DNA of 64,000 nucleotides from Balanoglossus misakiensis (Eukaryota; Animalia; Hemichordata): NCBI GenBank assembly GCA_040954595.2, contig CM082577.2, positions 2,869,603 to 2,933,602 of the forward strand, read 5' to 3'. Shown piece by piece: positions 46,224 to 57,309 of this stretch (position 1 is its first letter; each line of letters starts with the position of its first letter). The notes under the pieces were generated by a model. It saw only the letters and a program-made list of their open reading frames with translations, ran no database searches and was not told where the DNA came from. The position numbers and the translations under genes were made by a program.

Positions 46224-49200
46224 ATGTTTGCGATGAAGTGGCAGATTGTCGTTATCGTGGCAATGTTTGTTGCCCAAACCTCAGCACGGCCAAACAAACA
46301 GGTAAGATGAGTTGAGTTGATGGTCGATGCATGATGCATGGTGATCTGCAAGGTCGTGTTTGCCAACTTTCACTGTGTTTTTAAATGCAACTTATTTTAT
46401 TAAAATTACTTAATTTTATGATATATAACCTGTCAATTATATATACTGTATAACGATTGTGTTTGCCAACTGTCACAGTGTTTTTTTCAGATGCACCATG
46501 TGTTTTACGAATTTCTTTATCGTATGATATAACCTGTCAATCAAATATCCTATAAACCATTTGTCCTCTGGTTATATCACAGTCTCTCTATCAAATAGAC
46601 TCCTTATATATTATCGTTTTGTAAACCTCCATTTTGAATATTAATTTCAACTTTTAGTACTACAAATGTAACTGGTGATGTCCGTAAGTGACATTCCAGC
46701 AAATAAGTGTAGACAAGTTGGAAGCCTTCGGATCGATCTTCATCAGCTGTATACTACCGTGAAACGTTTTCGGTCAGGCGTATTTGAAAGATTATGTGAA
46801 TGATCATAAAGTTCGCCAAAATGGTTCGCTCTTTTGATTCACGCCCCTTTTCTGTTTGCCCCTTAGATGGATGGGAATAAGCGTATTCAAAAACGTCAAG
46901 GTAAGTAATTGAATGAATATTTGTTTTATTACCCTGGTGTTTTTCTGACTGTATATACTAGTATTAGAAATACTATATGAAAAGATGCGTGAACCACGGT
47001 TACGTGAACCGACTTAGGTCTGTGCATAAATTATACATATCTGCGTGTTTATGGCACAAGGGGTTGTTTGAGAAGGAATGCAACTGTATACTAGGAAAGC
47101 ACGGGAACGATAGACTTAGTGGGCAAAAATTATCAGGCGACTCGAGATTATTTTATCCTATACCTCGATCCACACTCTTGTGCCTTTCCGTCATACAAAC
47201 ACAACAGAGCCTATACTGGGGCTGTAATAATTAACATATTTTGTCGTCTAATGCACCGACCATCGTTGCAGTCCTCCTTTTAACGAGAGAACAAATCATT
47301 AAAAGTAAGTGACGTAGGGAATGGTCAGTTTCTTCTACCTGGTGTGGATTCATGCGGAGGTCACCCTGTTTTGGGTGATGGGAGGGGGTCAGTGAGGGGT
47401 CACCCACTTTTCCATTTTCAATGAAGGGGGACAGTCACTTTTTGATATCCACAAAATAGAATCCACTGCCTCTCCGGCCGAACAAACCGACCCGTCCCTT
47501 AGAGGGCTGATTTCATTTACAACCATCACACAGACCCATGTGCGACCATTCGATGTGGCTATTATGCAACTTGCCAAGATGGATTCTGCGTCTGCCCATC
47601 TTTTTGTACCCTGGAATACGATCCTGTATGCGGCAGTGATGGAATCACGTATTCAAACCCGTGTAAACTGGAAGTGGAGGCGTGCAATTCTGGAATTGCT
47701 CTATCTGTTGCCTATAACGGCGAATGCATACGTGAGTTTTTACATGTACATCTATCTGTATCTACAAGCGTAGTTTATCGAATATCTCGCTGGTACTTCA
47801 ATGAACACGGAAAGGTGACGTCACCTGTTGTATTCGCCGGATAATTATGTCGCTTTCGTTTTAGGTTCTACTGCCGACTGCCCATCTTTTTGTACCCTGG
47901 AATACGATCCTGTATGCGGGAGTGATGGAATCACGTATTCAAACCCGTGTAAACTGGAAGTGGAGGCGTGCAATTCTGGAATCCCTATATCTGTTGCCTA
48001 TGACGGCGAATGCATCCGTGAGTTTTACCCCTATCGATTTCTATATACAAGCGTAGTTTATCGCATATCACTTAGGTACTTCAATAAACACGGAAAGGTG
48101 ACGTCGCCTGTTGTATTTAACCATATAAGGGCCACCAAAGTAGTTTGTATATAAGTTTGGCACATGCGCATATGTTCGCACTGGATACAACGCAGACGTT
48201 TCATCATGGCATAGCCTGGCGAGCCTTTTATGGAAAACTACTTCAAGTTGAATTAGAATCAGAATCAGCTTCAGCATCATGCCTTACTGTTTAATATTCA
48301 ACTGTTTTGTTCTTTTCTACTCCCAGCACCATGCCCTGACGGGTCCCAGCCAGTAGCGTGCTTTGCAAACCCGTGCGATGACCCGGAAAATAAGTGTGAC
48401 GCATATCCTAAAGCTGAATGCGTAGCTGATTATTGCGGAGGTTGCAACTTCTTCTTCAGAGAAAATGGCACCATAGTCGATTGTGGTGAGATATATGTCC
48501 GTTATCAGTTTTACAACAAAGCGTGGAAAGCCTAAACGTAACAGCCACGTGTCTCGAAAATAAAGACGCGATGTACGAAAATTGCACATGGGTTGAGATG
48601 GTTTCATTGGACGTTCTCTTTCGGCTCAAAATCCAACTGTTTACTCTATTGATTTTTCGCGCAACAGTCTATACATTGTCACTTGCACTACCATAATATG
48701 GCCGAGGATTTATCAAGTGTTTGTGGCCATCAAGATTATTTTCCCTTCCTCCACTTGCTTCAGAGATCCACTTTTAATACATGCACGTTTTCCTTCCAGG
48801 CAACGTATGCTTACTCCCTGCCGTGTCTGGTGCCTGTGACGCCCTCATTCCCCGTTGGTTTTACAATAAGGAGACAAGAAAGTGTGAAGAGTTTACGTAT
48901 GGTGGGTGTGGCGGAAACGGTAATAACTTCGAGAGTAGGGCGGACTGTAACAAGGAGTGTGCTGGAACCCAAGGTTTGTAAAAATGTTGTTCTCACAGAT
49001 CATCGAAGAGAGTTTCTCCCTTGCTCTGAAGATCGTGATTGTGCACGTGCTCACTTCATTTTTTGCAAGTTCATGTTTTTTTTTCGAATTTTCCAATGAA
49101 TGGCATCAATGTTGTGTTACTCAAACTGAATTGAGTGGTTCATGGATGGAACTGGAAGATGATAAAACTGTACATCAAAATGAAATACTTTACCCTGAAT

Positions 49201-49443
49201 TCTTTTAACAAAATGGTGATAAATCAAACCCCCTTCAATTTAAGCAAAAAGTGACGTGATCGAGTTTTCAATTGAAAGATGCCCAAAGGGAACTCAATGC
49301 AACCGAATGGCCAATGATATATTCTGAATTTGACCAGCAGACCGCCCACTCCCCCCTACATACACACGTTTTGTTTATATGATTTAAATTCTGAATTTGT
49401 TTCTTCAATTGTAGGTCGTCGCGCGCGTCGTGGGATATTTTGA
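46224..49443 (+). CDS. secreted FOLN-Kazal-Kazal + 8-Cys module + Kunitz protein, paralogue C
   Basis: signal MKWQIVVIVAMFVAQTSA; exons incl. 46867-46900, 47272-47304, 47534-47731 and 47865-48017 (two CPSFCTLEYDPVCGSDGITYSNPC Kazals), 48327-48485, 48800-48973 (CLLPAVSGACD..CEEFTYGGCGGNGNNF), 49415-49443. Confidence 0.88.
47317..47498 (-). mobile_element. MITE, PIF/Harbinger-like, older copy of element at 52802-52968
   Basis: imperfect TIRs GGGAATGGTCAGTTTCTTC / GAACAAACCGACCCGTCCC; internal gtcactttttgatatccacaaaatagaatccac is the reverse complement of 52833-52865. Confidence 0.75.
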
Positions 49444-50002
49444 GACGCCCTAGTCGACTACGAGCCTCAATAGGAGTATGGTCACGTGACATAACGAAAA
49501 TTTGCATATCCTTCTATAATAACCAGTCATACAATATGTATAATATCAAATGGTGAATTCATCATTCATTGCGTGTAGTTACTCCATCAGTGGTGAATTT
49601 TCACATCCTGCACGTACCCACATTCCTGTTGCAACCCATTTCGTCAAGAGTAAAATAACCACCTGTTACATACAATTTTGTTGAGCTTAATGAAATAAAA
49701 TATAAAGGGAAACAGCACATAATTTTTGATGGCGTCATCAAACATACTGCAACCCACATCAATTTCTTGCCACGATTATCTATTCGTCCAAATCCGTGGG
49801 CCCAGATAAAAATACTGTTGTGAAGTTGAGCAAGTATTGAGTAAGCTTATGCGTGTTATGTAATACCTTCAATGGAAGCTCCTTAGGTTGCTGGTGAACT
49901 CACATGAACACGGGTGACACGTCGGATTGCACGTGTGCTATATCAGCATGACCGGTAGATAAAAGGTCACTGTTGTATGTGCAAACGATAGGTAAAATCA
50001 GT

Positions 50003-51024
50003 ATGGTGGACGCTGAAACGATAGCCAACTCCGGGATTCGGCTGTCGCTGGATAAAATAAGAAACTTCCAAGTCAGAGAAGAAGACGTGTTCATCGTCAC
50101 GTATCCAAAATCAGGTAGGTGGTGTCTGTGTCACACGCGGGGGGAACAGATCGCGAGGTTTTACTTGGTACCCGGTGTTGGACGTGGTACATGATATGAT
50201 ATAGGCCTATTCACAGTCCCTCGATCACATAACAGGGACTGAGGGTGGAAAGGGGACTTTGGGGTATTCAACCGATGCAGGTGAATTTATAATGTGATCT
50301 TACACGTCCTTGGCAGACCCCCGAACTTTGACCTTGAGAAGAGTGGCTACTCTGTGGGCCATTTTGAAAGCTCCTTCTTACTACCCACGAGACCCCCAGA
50401 GCATGGAGGTACTAGTACCTCCATGCCCAGAGCTAGCGCATGTCCTAAGGTGAACTTCAAGGTCAGGTGGTCTAACAATCGATGGTATGGGGGCGCTCTA
50501 TCAATACATGCAGGATGCCTGTCTGTGGTCCTAGAAGTTATAAAGCTGAAATATGTGAAACTGTGATTTCGTGCATCTAATGTAAATACTAATGCAAGCC
50601 ATTCGTCTGTGCGAAGGTACAACTTGGATGAAAGAGATAGTTCCGTATATCCTCAACGGTGGAAATATTGATGGGATTAAAGACGTACCACCAGATGTGA
50701 GGGTGCCGTATTTGGAGTATGCTCTGTCGGTCGACGAGGACAGCCGTCTGCGGGAACTCCAGCTACAGTTCGCCGTCCCAGAAGATTTCAGTCTCGATGC
50801 CTTGGAATCGCCAAGGGCGATGTGTACCCACTTGAGATCAGAATTCCTGCCCAAAGGGATCCAAGACAAGAAGGCGAAGGTGGACTTCTTAGGACACGCC
50901 GCATTGTTTGTTTGTCTGGATTGATGGCTGGCTGGCTGTGTTTGTTTGTGTGTTGTAGGGGCCCGGGGGGGGGGCACGTGGATGGAATGGCTGACTGTCT
51001 GATCGAACGATATATAGATAGATA

Positions 51025-51059
<35 letters not shown>

Positions 51060-51990
51060 CGATATTTATTTTTCACTTCTTGAGATCTTGGGCAGCGGAA
51101 GTCCTGCCACCCCTGAGCAGACCGATTCATCGAGGGTTTTGTCGGGCGTAGATCAATGGATTGTTGATGCAAACTTTGAACAGCGTTTTGGTAGACCAAA
51201 TGCTCGGAGCAACAGTGACCGTCAGTCAAGATTGCCATACTTACTCGTGTTTTACACCCACGAGAGTGAAAACGCGAATCTTAGATTTGCCTCAAAGATT
51301 ACACTTTATCTGGCTTCCAGGTGATCTATGTTGCCCGGAACCCGAAGGATGTCGGTGTGTCCGCTTATTATTTCAGCCAATTGCTGCTCGAGAGAGGAAT
51401 GAGCGAGGCTTCCCGTGATCCATATGGCGGATTTGCTGATTTCTTGCTTGACTTCATAGAAGTGAAACATCGAAGCCAAACTGTGATATGTTAGTATGTA
51501 TGTTGTGTATTTAGAAAATGACGTGTAACGATCGAGTTGCGTCGCAGTTTCTCCCGAGATTTTTTTCTCGCAAACGTTTTATTTTGATGATATTTTCGAA
51601 ATTCCTTGATTATGATCTCGTGGAAGTTAAAGCGTGGGCTGGGTGATTCGATCGTTTCTGTGATTCAGAAAAAAAAGAATTCGAACTTCAAAAGAGGTAC
51701 AAGTAGTTACACCAAATAGTTTGCTGCAGGTTTCAACCAATGTCGCAGCAGTGTATAAAAGAGCATGGTTTCAGAAGAAGTCCGGAAAAAGTAGAATTCG
51801 CTACAACTTTATATCGCATATTCCGCAGATGATGGTAGTAAATGGCATGAGCACGTGTTGACATGGTGGAATAGAAGACACGACGAGAACGTTTTGTTCC
51901 TCAAGTATGAAGATATGATGAAAGTATGTGCTCTGCCGGAATTTCAGCTTTCAGTCGTATCTCTCTCTCTCGCTCTCGCTCTCTCTCTCG

Positions 51991-52028
<38 letters not shown>

Positions 52029-53116
52029 CGCTCGCTCGCTCTCACTCTCTCTCTCGCTCTCACTCTCTCTCTCGCCCTCCCTCCTCTCTCTCAATTTCAG
52101 TCGCATCTCATTTAAATCTTGCAATCATGGCAGCTAAGAGACATACCAAAACCAGGCTCTGTACCACACAGAAGTCCTCGGAGTACGATGTTATATAATT
52201 GATTGTACGCGTAAAATTATATTACTCCCCAATTTCTTTTATAATGGTGAGTTTCGGTTTTAGCCGTAGAGTTAGGACGAACCGATCCTCCAGGTTTCTA
52301 TATGGTCTCCATATTGCTCTGAGCGTATATGTTCCCACTACTGTCTCACGACTGATTGTGTATGTTTATTTTAAAACTTTCAGGACATTAAGACTGCCGT
52401 TCGTCAAATTGCAGCATTTGTAGGAGTTCAACTGACGGACGACGCGGTGGAAAAAATTAGTCATCACTCCAGCCTCGACAGCATGAAGAAGAACAAGATG
52501 GCGCTTAAAAGTGACTACTGCGAGAGGTCGTTTGGTGCCAAGGGCAAAGAAAGGTCACCATTTGTGAGGAAAGGCAAGGACAGAGATGTTTTATAGCTCT
52601 ATATGTGAGCTGTTGTCTAATCCCCGGGGAGTTGATTTTAATTAATTCGGGTCCCGTGATCAGGGATAATAATAATTCCGCAGCGCCTAGTCTCGGTTAC
52701 CCAGACGCCTTTGCTCTCTCAAAGGCGTCTGGGTAACCGAGACTACGCAGCGCCTTGATCAGAAATTATACTTGTGGATACCTGCGCTATATAGGAACTT
52801 AGGGACTGGTCAGTTTCTTCGGCCGGGGGGTGGTGGATTCTATTTTGTGGATATCAAAAAGTGACTGGTGACTGACCCCCCCCCCCCCTCAAAGTGGGTA
52901 CCCCCATCACCCATTACCCATATTCAAAACAGGGTGACTTTCCCAGGCCGAAGAAACTGGCCAGTCCCTTATTGTTAATTTATTTATTTATTTTGCATTT
53001 TAGGAGGGGCTGGTGGTTGGAAGAACTACTTCACAGTGGCACAGAACGAACTATTTGACAAACATTACCGAGATTGGCTGAAAGACAGTGATTTGGAAAT
53101 GGCGTTCGAACTTTGA
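50003..53116 (+). CDS. cytosolic sulfotransferase (SULT family), multi-exon
   Basis: FQVREEDVFIVTYPKSG|TTW (5'-PSB loop), RVPYLE, SPRAMCTHL, KAK|VIYVARNPKDVGVSAY (3'-PB), WHEHVLTWW..VLFLKYEDM, FVRKG|GAGGWKNYFT; stop 53114-53116; AATAAA 53140-53145; true start uncertain. Confidence 0.9.
51026..51060. repeat. (GATT)n microsatellite
   Basis: ttgattgattgattgattgattgattgattgatc. Confidence 0.9.
51960..52092. repeat. (CT)n/(CTCG)n compound microsatellite
   Basis: ctctctctctcgctctcgctctc... Confidence 0.9.
52688..52745. mobile_element. 58-bp perfect-hairpin mini-element with 9-bp target-site duplication
   Basis: TAGTCTCGGTTACCCAGACGCCTTTG-ctctct-CAAAGGCGTCTGGGTAACCGAGACTA flanked by CGCAGCGCC at 52679-52687 and 52746-52754. 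Confidence 0.85.
52802..52968 (+). mobile_element. MITE, PIF/Harbinger (Tourist)-like
   Basis: TIRs GGGACTGGTCAGTTTCTTCGGCC / GGCCGAAGAAACTGGCCAGTCCC (one mismatch), TTA on both flanks. Confidence 0.85.
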
Positions 53117-53369
53117 TAGGAAAAACTTTGTCCAGTATGAATAAACGAATTCGTTGATCACTACCCAGAACTGTAAACGTTTTACAGTTGTAATTTGTGT
53201 TTGTGTTTTTGTTTGGGAAAAGTTGCTCATATAGGATGAATGGGCGAAGGCAATAAACCCGGAAAACAAAACTTTGTGAAACTTTTGTGTCGCGCAGTGC
53301 ATTGTGGCTTTGACGCAATGCAAATGCAGCGCGTCTGCGCACCGGGAAACGCCAACGTAAACATTCAAA

Positions 53370-56300
53370 ATGGCGGCGGAGCTGAATATACACAGTCGAC
53401 CAGCTAGAAAAACAGCACGGAAATTCAGCATTAATACAGAGAAAGAGCTGAAGACACGGATAAGAACAGTAAGTGGGATATTTTTACAAACATTTCTGTG
53501 TAAAATCGTTGTCAAATAGCGGACCGTAAACTTGCAGTATGCGAAAGAATGCCGGTTGACCTGCGATCGCTCGACGATGGGCAACGTTTCAATCGGAAAT
53601 GCCAGTCTTCTTGAATCGCGGATGCATTGCACATCTTTATTGTTTTGACATTCTCTTCCCAGTAACATATATTGCCAAAGTGGTTAAATGGCTCTTCGTT
53701 TGCCCTGCTTGTGTATTTAAAAACCGACTTGAAAAATATCAAATGTTGACGCCCCGAGAGCCGAGGTCATTCAGCTGACAATGCCGCTTGACCTCTGCAT
53801 TCGTACACAGTTGCATTGGAATTTTTTCATTCATACAGTTGGGTATATAATGTTTTGGCTTATTTTTTAAAGCGAAATTTACGCCATTTGCTGTAGCAAG
53901 ATATAAATCTTCAAGTTGTACCGGGTAGTATAACCTGGGCTGGCCATACATCCTGTGGAACGTTGGTTCATGTTGATTGTTCAGATGAGAACAGCTGTTT
54001 ACATACAATACAGTATACGTGTACATCATGTATGATGTAGATTTATACACGTGTACACGTGATGGTCAAAATGATCATGGAGGTAGGAAGTGAAGTAGTC
54101 ATTTTTGCTCAGAGAATGTATATATTATATATCCCATTGCTCTTATTACTATTGGGCATTATGTGCACAAATGTGTTGCGTAATACTTACAGATTGGTCA
54201 AATATTGAAGAAAGCACAAGAAGATAGGACTGAAGATGAGAATGCAATTCTGAAGGAGTCACCAGACATTGTAGAAGAAATAGAGCGAAGAGCCCGACTC
54301 AGGGATATAGCAAAACGCAAATTACAAGAGGTAATAATTGCTGACATATTTTTTTCTTCAAAATTTTGTAATAATTTCAATTTTTGTGAGTGATTGCAGA
54401 GCATTGCCACTGTCAGTCTCATGTGAATATAACCACAGGATGCAGATCAGGTTTAGTTTCAACCTGTCAGTGTGTGGTAACAGAAGTGATACCCAGTTGT
54501 GTCTGCGCAGGATATTGTGTAACTGTAGAACTGTGGTGTCAACCATTTACGAAAGTGACATTGATTTCTGTTGAAGGTTGAAGATCCCCCTGGTGAGCTG
54601 CTTGCCAAAGCTACTGTCTTAACTGAAGTTCTCAAACAAGCCAGACAGATGGTGGTCTATACAGGTGCAGGTATCAGCACAGTAAGTATATAATTAATAT
54701 GAGAATGTGTGGACATCAATCACAAAGACTTGCACACAGAAACACACAAAATTTGCAAATTAGCAAAAACCACAGACATGGCAGCTGGTCAAAAAAAATG
54801 GCAGAAAGAAAAACAAGGTCTAAAAAACTTGCAAACAATAATCAGTATCATGTAGATGGAAAATGATAAAAGTCTTTGACTTTCCTTTACAGGCTGCATC
54901 AATACCAGACTACAGAGGTCCCAATGGTGTGTGGACCTTGCTTCAGAAGGGAAAGCCACTTCAGAGGTAATGTACTTCATTGCCAACCACAATCACAGTT
55001 GTTGGAGATTCCAAGTGTTGTTTTTGCTTTATATATTACGCTTGTAACTGTACGCATCCTTCCAATGGAAACTCAAGAATTCTGCCATTCCTAGAACTAA
55101 CAGTACTCCAGCATAAACGATGGTGTATCCTTAAAGATTAACCTTTTCTCCCAACAGGACCAATCCACTTGTGGATGCAGAACCTACGCTCACGCACATG
55201 GCCATTGCAAAACTTCACCAAAAAGGATATGTAAGTACATAAGTCTGCCTAAACCCGACACCACTTACATGATGCATAGCTGAAGTTCATTTCATGACCA
55301 CAGCAGTTGTTGTTATGTTACCCCTTTGTTCCTAGTGGGAATGCTGGATTGATATACAGGGATTCAGAATTAAGGTTGACAGTACCAGCAACATACATTG
55401 TACATGTAGAAGTTCTTAAAATAAATATTGACAACTCATGATAAACATGTATGGAATATCAATTATCCCTTTTCCCCCAGATAAGCCATGTTGTCTCCCA
55501 GAACTGTGATGGTCTACATCTTCGCAGTGGTCTCCCCAGAGACTCACTATCAGAAGTTCATGGAAATATGTATATAGAAGTAAGTTACACATTAATTTGT
55601 TATTTCAAGTGAGATTATGTGTCGAGGTTCCTCTCCCACTGATTGTGAATGCAGTAAAACTTGCATTGATGTCCCAGTTATTGGTCACACAAAATTTAGA
55701 ACTTTCTATAGTGGGCTTGCTGATATTTGGGGTACAGTGTAGGTGATGATGATATTTTCTGGCACAAAAATTAAATAAATTACATTGTTTGCATAATCGG
55801 GCAGGGACTACATCACACAAATATGGTAGCAACAGACTGAGTGTTTCACTGGACTACAGGTATGAATTTGTTTCACCATCATTTAAAGCCGTAGCAGTAA
55901 GCCTTTATGGTCTCTGTTTTACATCAAGGTTTGTACAGAATGCGAACCCGAGCGGGAGTACATACGCCTCTTTGACGTCACCGAGAAGACCTCCTTCCGT
56001 CGCCACGCCACCGACCGGTGCTGCGTCATCTGCGGCACCACGCTGCGAGACAGCATCGTGCATTTCGGGGAGAGGGGAACCTTGGAGCGGCCTCTGAACT
56101 GGCAAGCAGCCGCGGATGCCGCCTCCCGTGCAGATGTCATTCTGTGTCTGGGATCAAGCTTGAAGGTGACATGCAGTTTGAAGAATTGCTACTTTCAGAT
56201 GTTGTTCTGTGTAGTCAGTGTGCTCCGTTTAAAACTGATGTTTTTGGCAGCCCGTCCTCTTTGCTGTATTTAAACCTGATCTTATTTTGTAACATACTCC

Positions 56301-57309
56301 TCTGTTAGTATCTTTTTTCCTCTGATTTGTGTAGTGGGAAAAATATAATTTACTGTATGAGTATCCAGACATTGCATATTTGTAAATTATGATACAGAAT
56401 CAAATCAAAACTCACTTCTGCTTTATTTCCAGATACTCAGGAAATATGCGTGTCTCTGGGGAATGAATAAAGCTCCACGGTTACGCCCAAAACTTTACAT
56501 AGTTAATCTGCAAGTAAGTCTGTCTGTTCTTTTCAAATTTCCATTTTGATTGCAGTACGATTTTCCTATCTTAGAACATTAAGCCCACCCAACTATATAT
56601 TCAAGCCTCCGTTTTGAATTGACTTTCCCACCTTTTGTTGAGGTCAAACGTAACACCAGCGGTCAAATAAAAAAAAGGTGGAAAGCTTTTCACCATATTT
56701 TGTGTGCAATATTTTGTAACTCATTTCAGTGGACGCCAAAGGATGATATAGCCACATTGAAAATCAATGGAAAATGCGACGAAGTCATGAAAATAGTCAT
56801 GGAAAAATTAGGTTTAGACATTCCTCAGTACAAGAGGTAAGTTTGCATTTCTAGTGATAAATAATTATCCATGATAAATAATTGTATACTATGCTTTTTT
56901 GATCTATTGTTTTCTACTGATACCAAAGTCTTTCAAAACAGATCTGGATTGGCACTTGTGGAATTTATAGTCTAAAGAATCTCTCATTGAGTTCTGGTCA
57001 GATTTATAAACCACCAAAGTTGGGAGGGGTCACTAAATGTCTTAATGCACTGGTCCTTGCAGGGAGAGTGACCCGCTGTTCAATCTGACCACTCCGCTGG
57101 CCGCGAATGAACTGGACACAGTGACCACCAAACACCTCAAGCTCTGCCCTCAGTCGTACAGTGGCGGCGACAACGACGTAAAACCAGAGTTGAACCAAAA
57201 TGGCGATGTCATCGAAAGAAACGAAGAGGAGATTAAAACTGTGCCCGGGTGGTTTGGGAAGGGGTGTGCCAAAAGGACTATCAAGAGAAAACGATTAAAA
57301 TCTGCGTGA
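53370..57309 (+). CDS. SIRT7: NAD-dependent protein deacylase sirtuin-7, ~10 exons
   Basis: basic N-terminal extension; [10 protein letters not shown]|[91 protein letters not shown]|[16 protein letters not shown]|[20 protein letters not shown]-terminal PGWFGKG..KRKR. Confidence 0.95.

Noticed and set aside
51855-52198. Ser/Leu/Arg-rich ORFs
   Set aside because: Translations of the (CT)n microsatellite; likewise 6235-6501 and the SINQ repeat in 50531-51238
53230-53285. SECIS-like ATGA..AA..GA downstream of the sulfotransferase
   Set aside because: No complementary stem, and it lies beyond the first AATAAA
53031-53668. 205-aa and 120-aa minus-strand ORFs
   Set aside because: Antisense to SULT last exon and SIRT7 exon 1; no recognisable protein features
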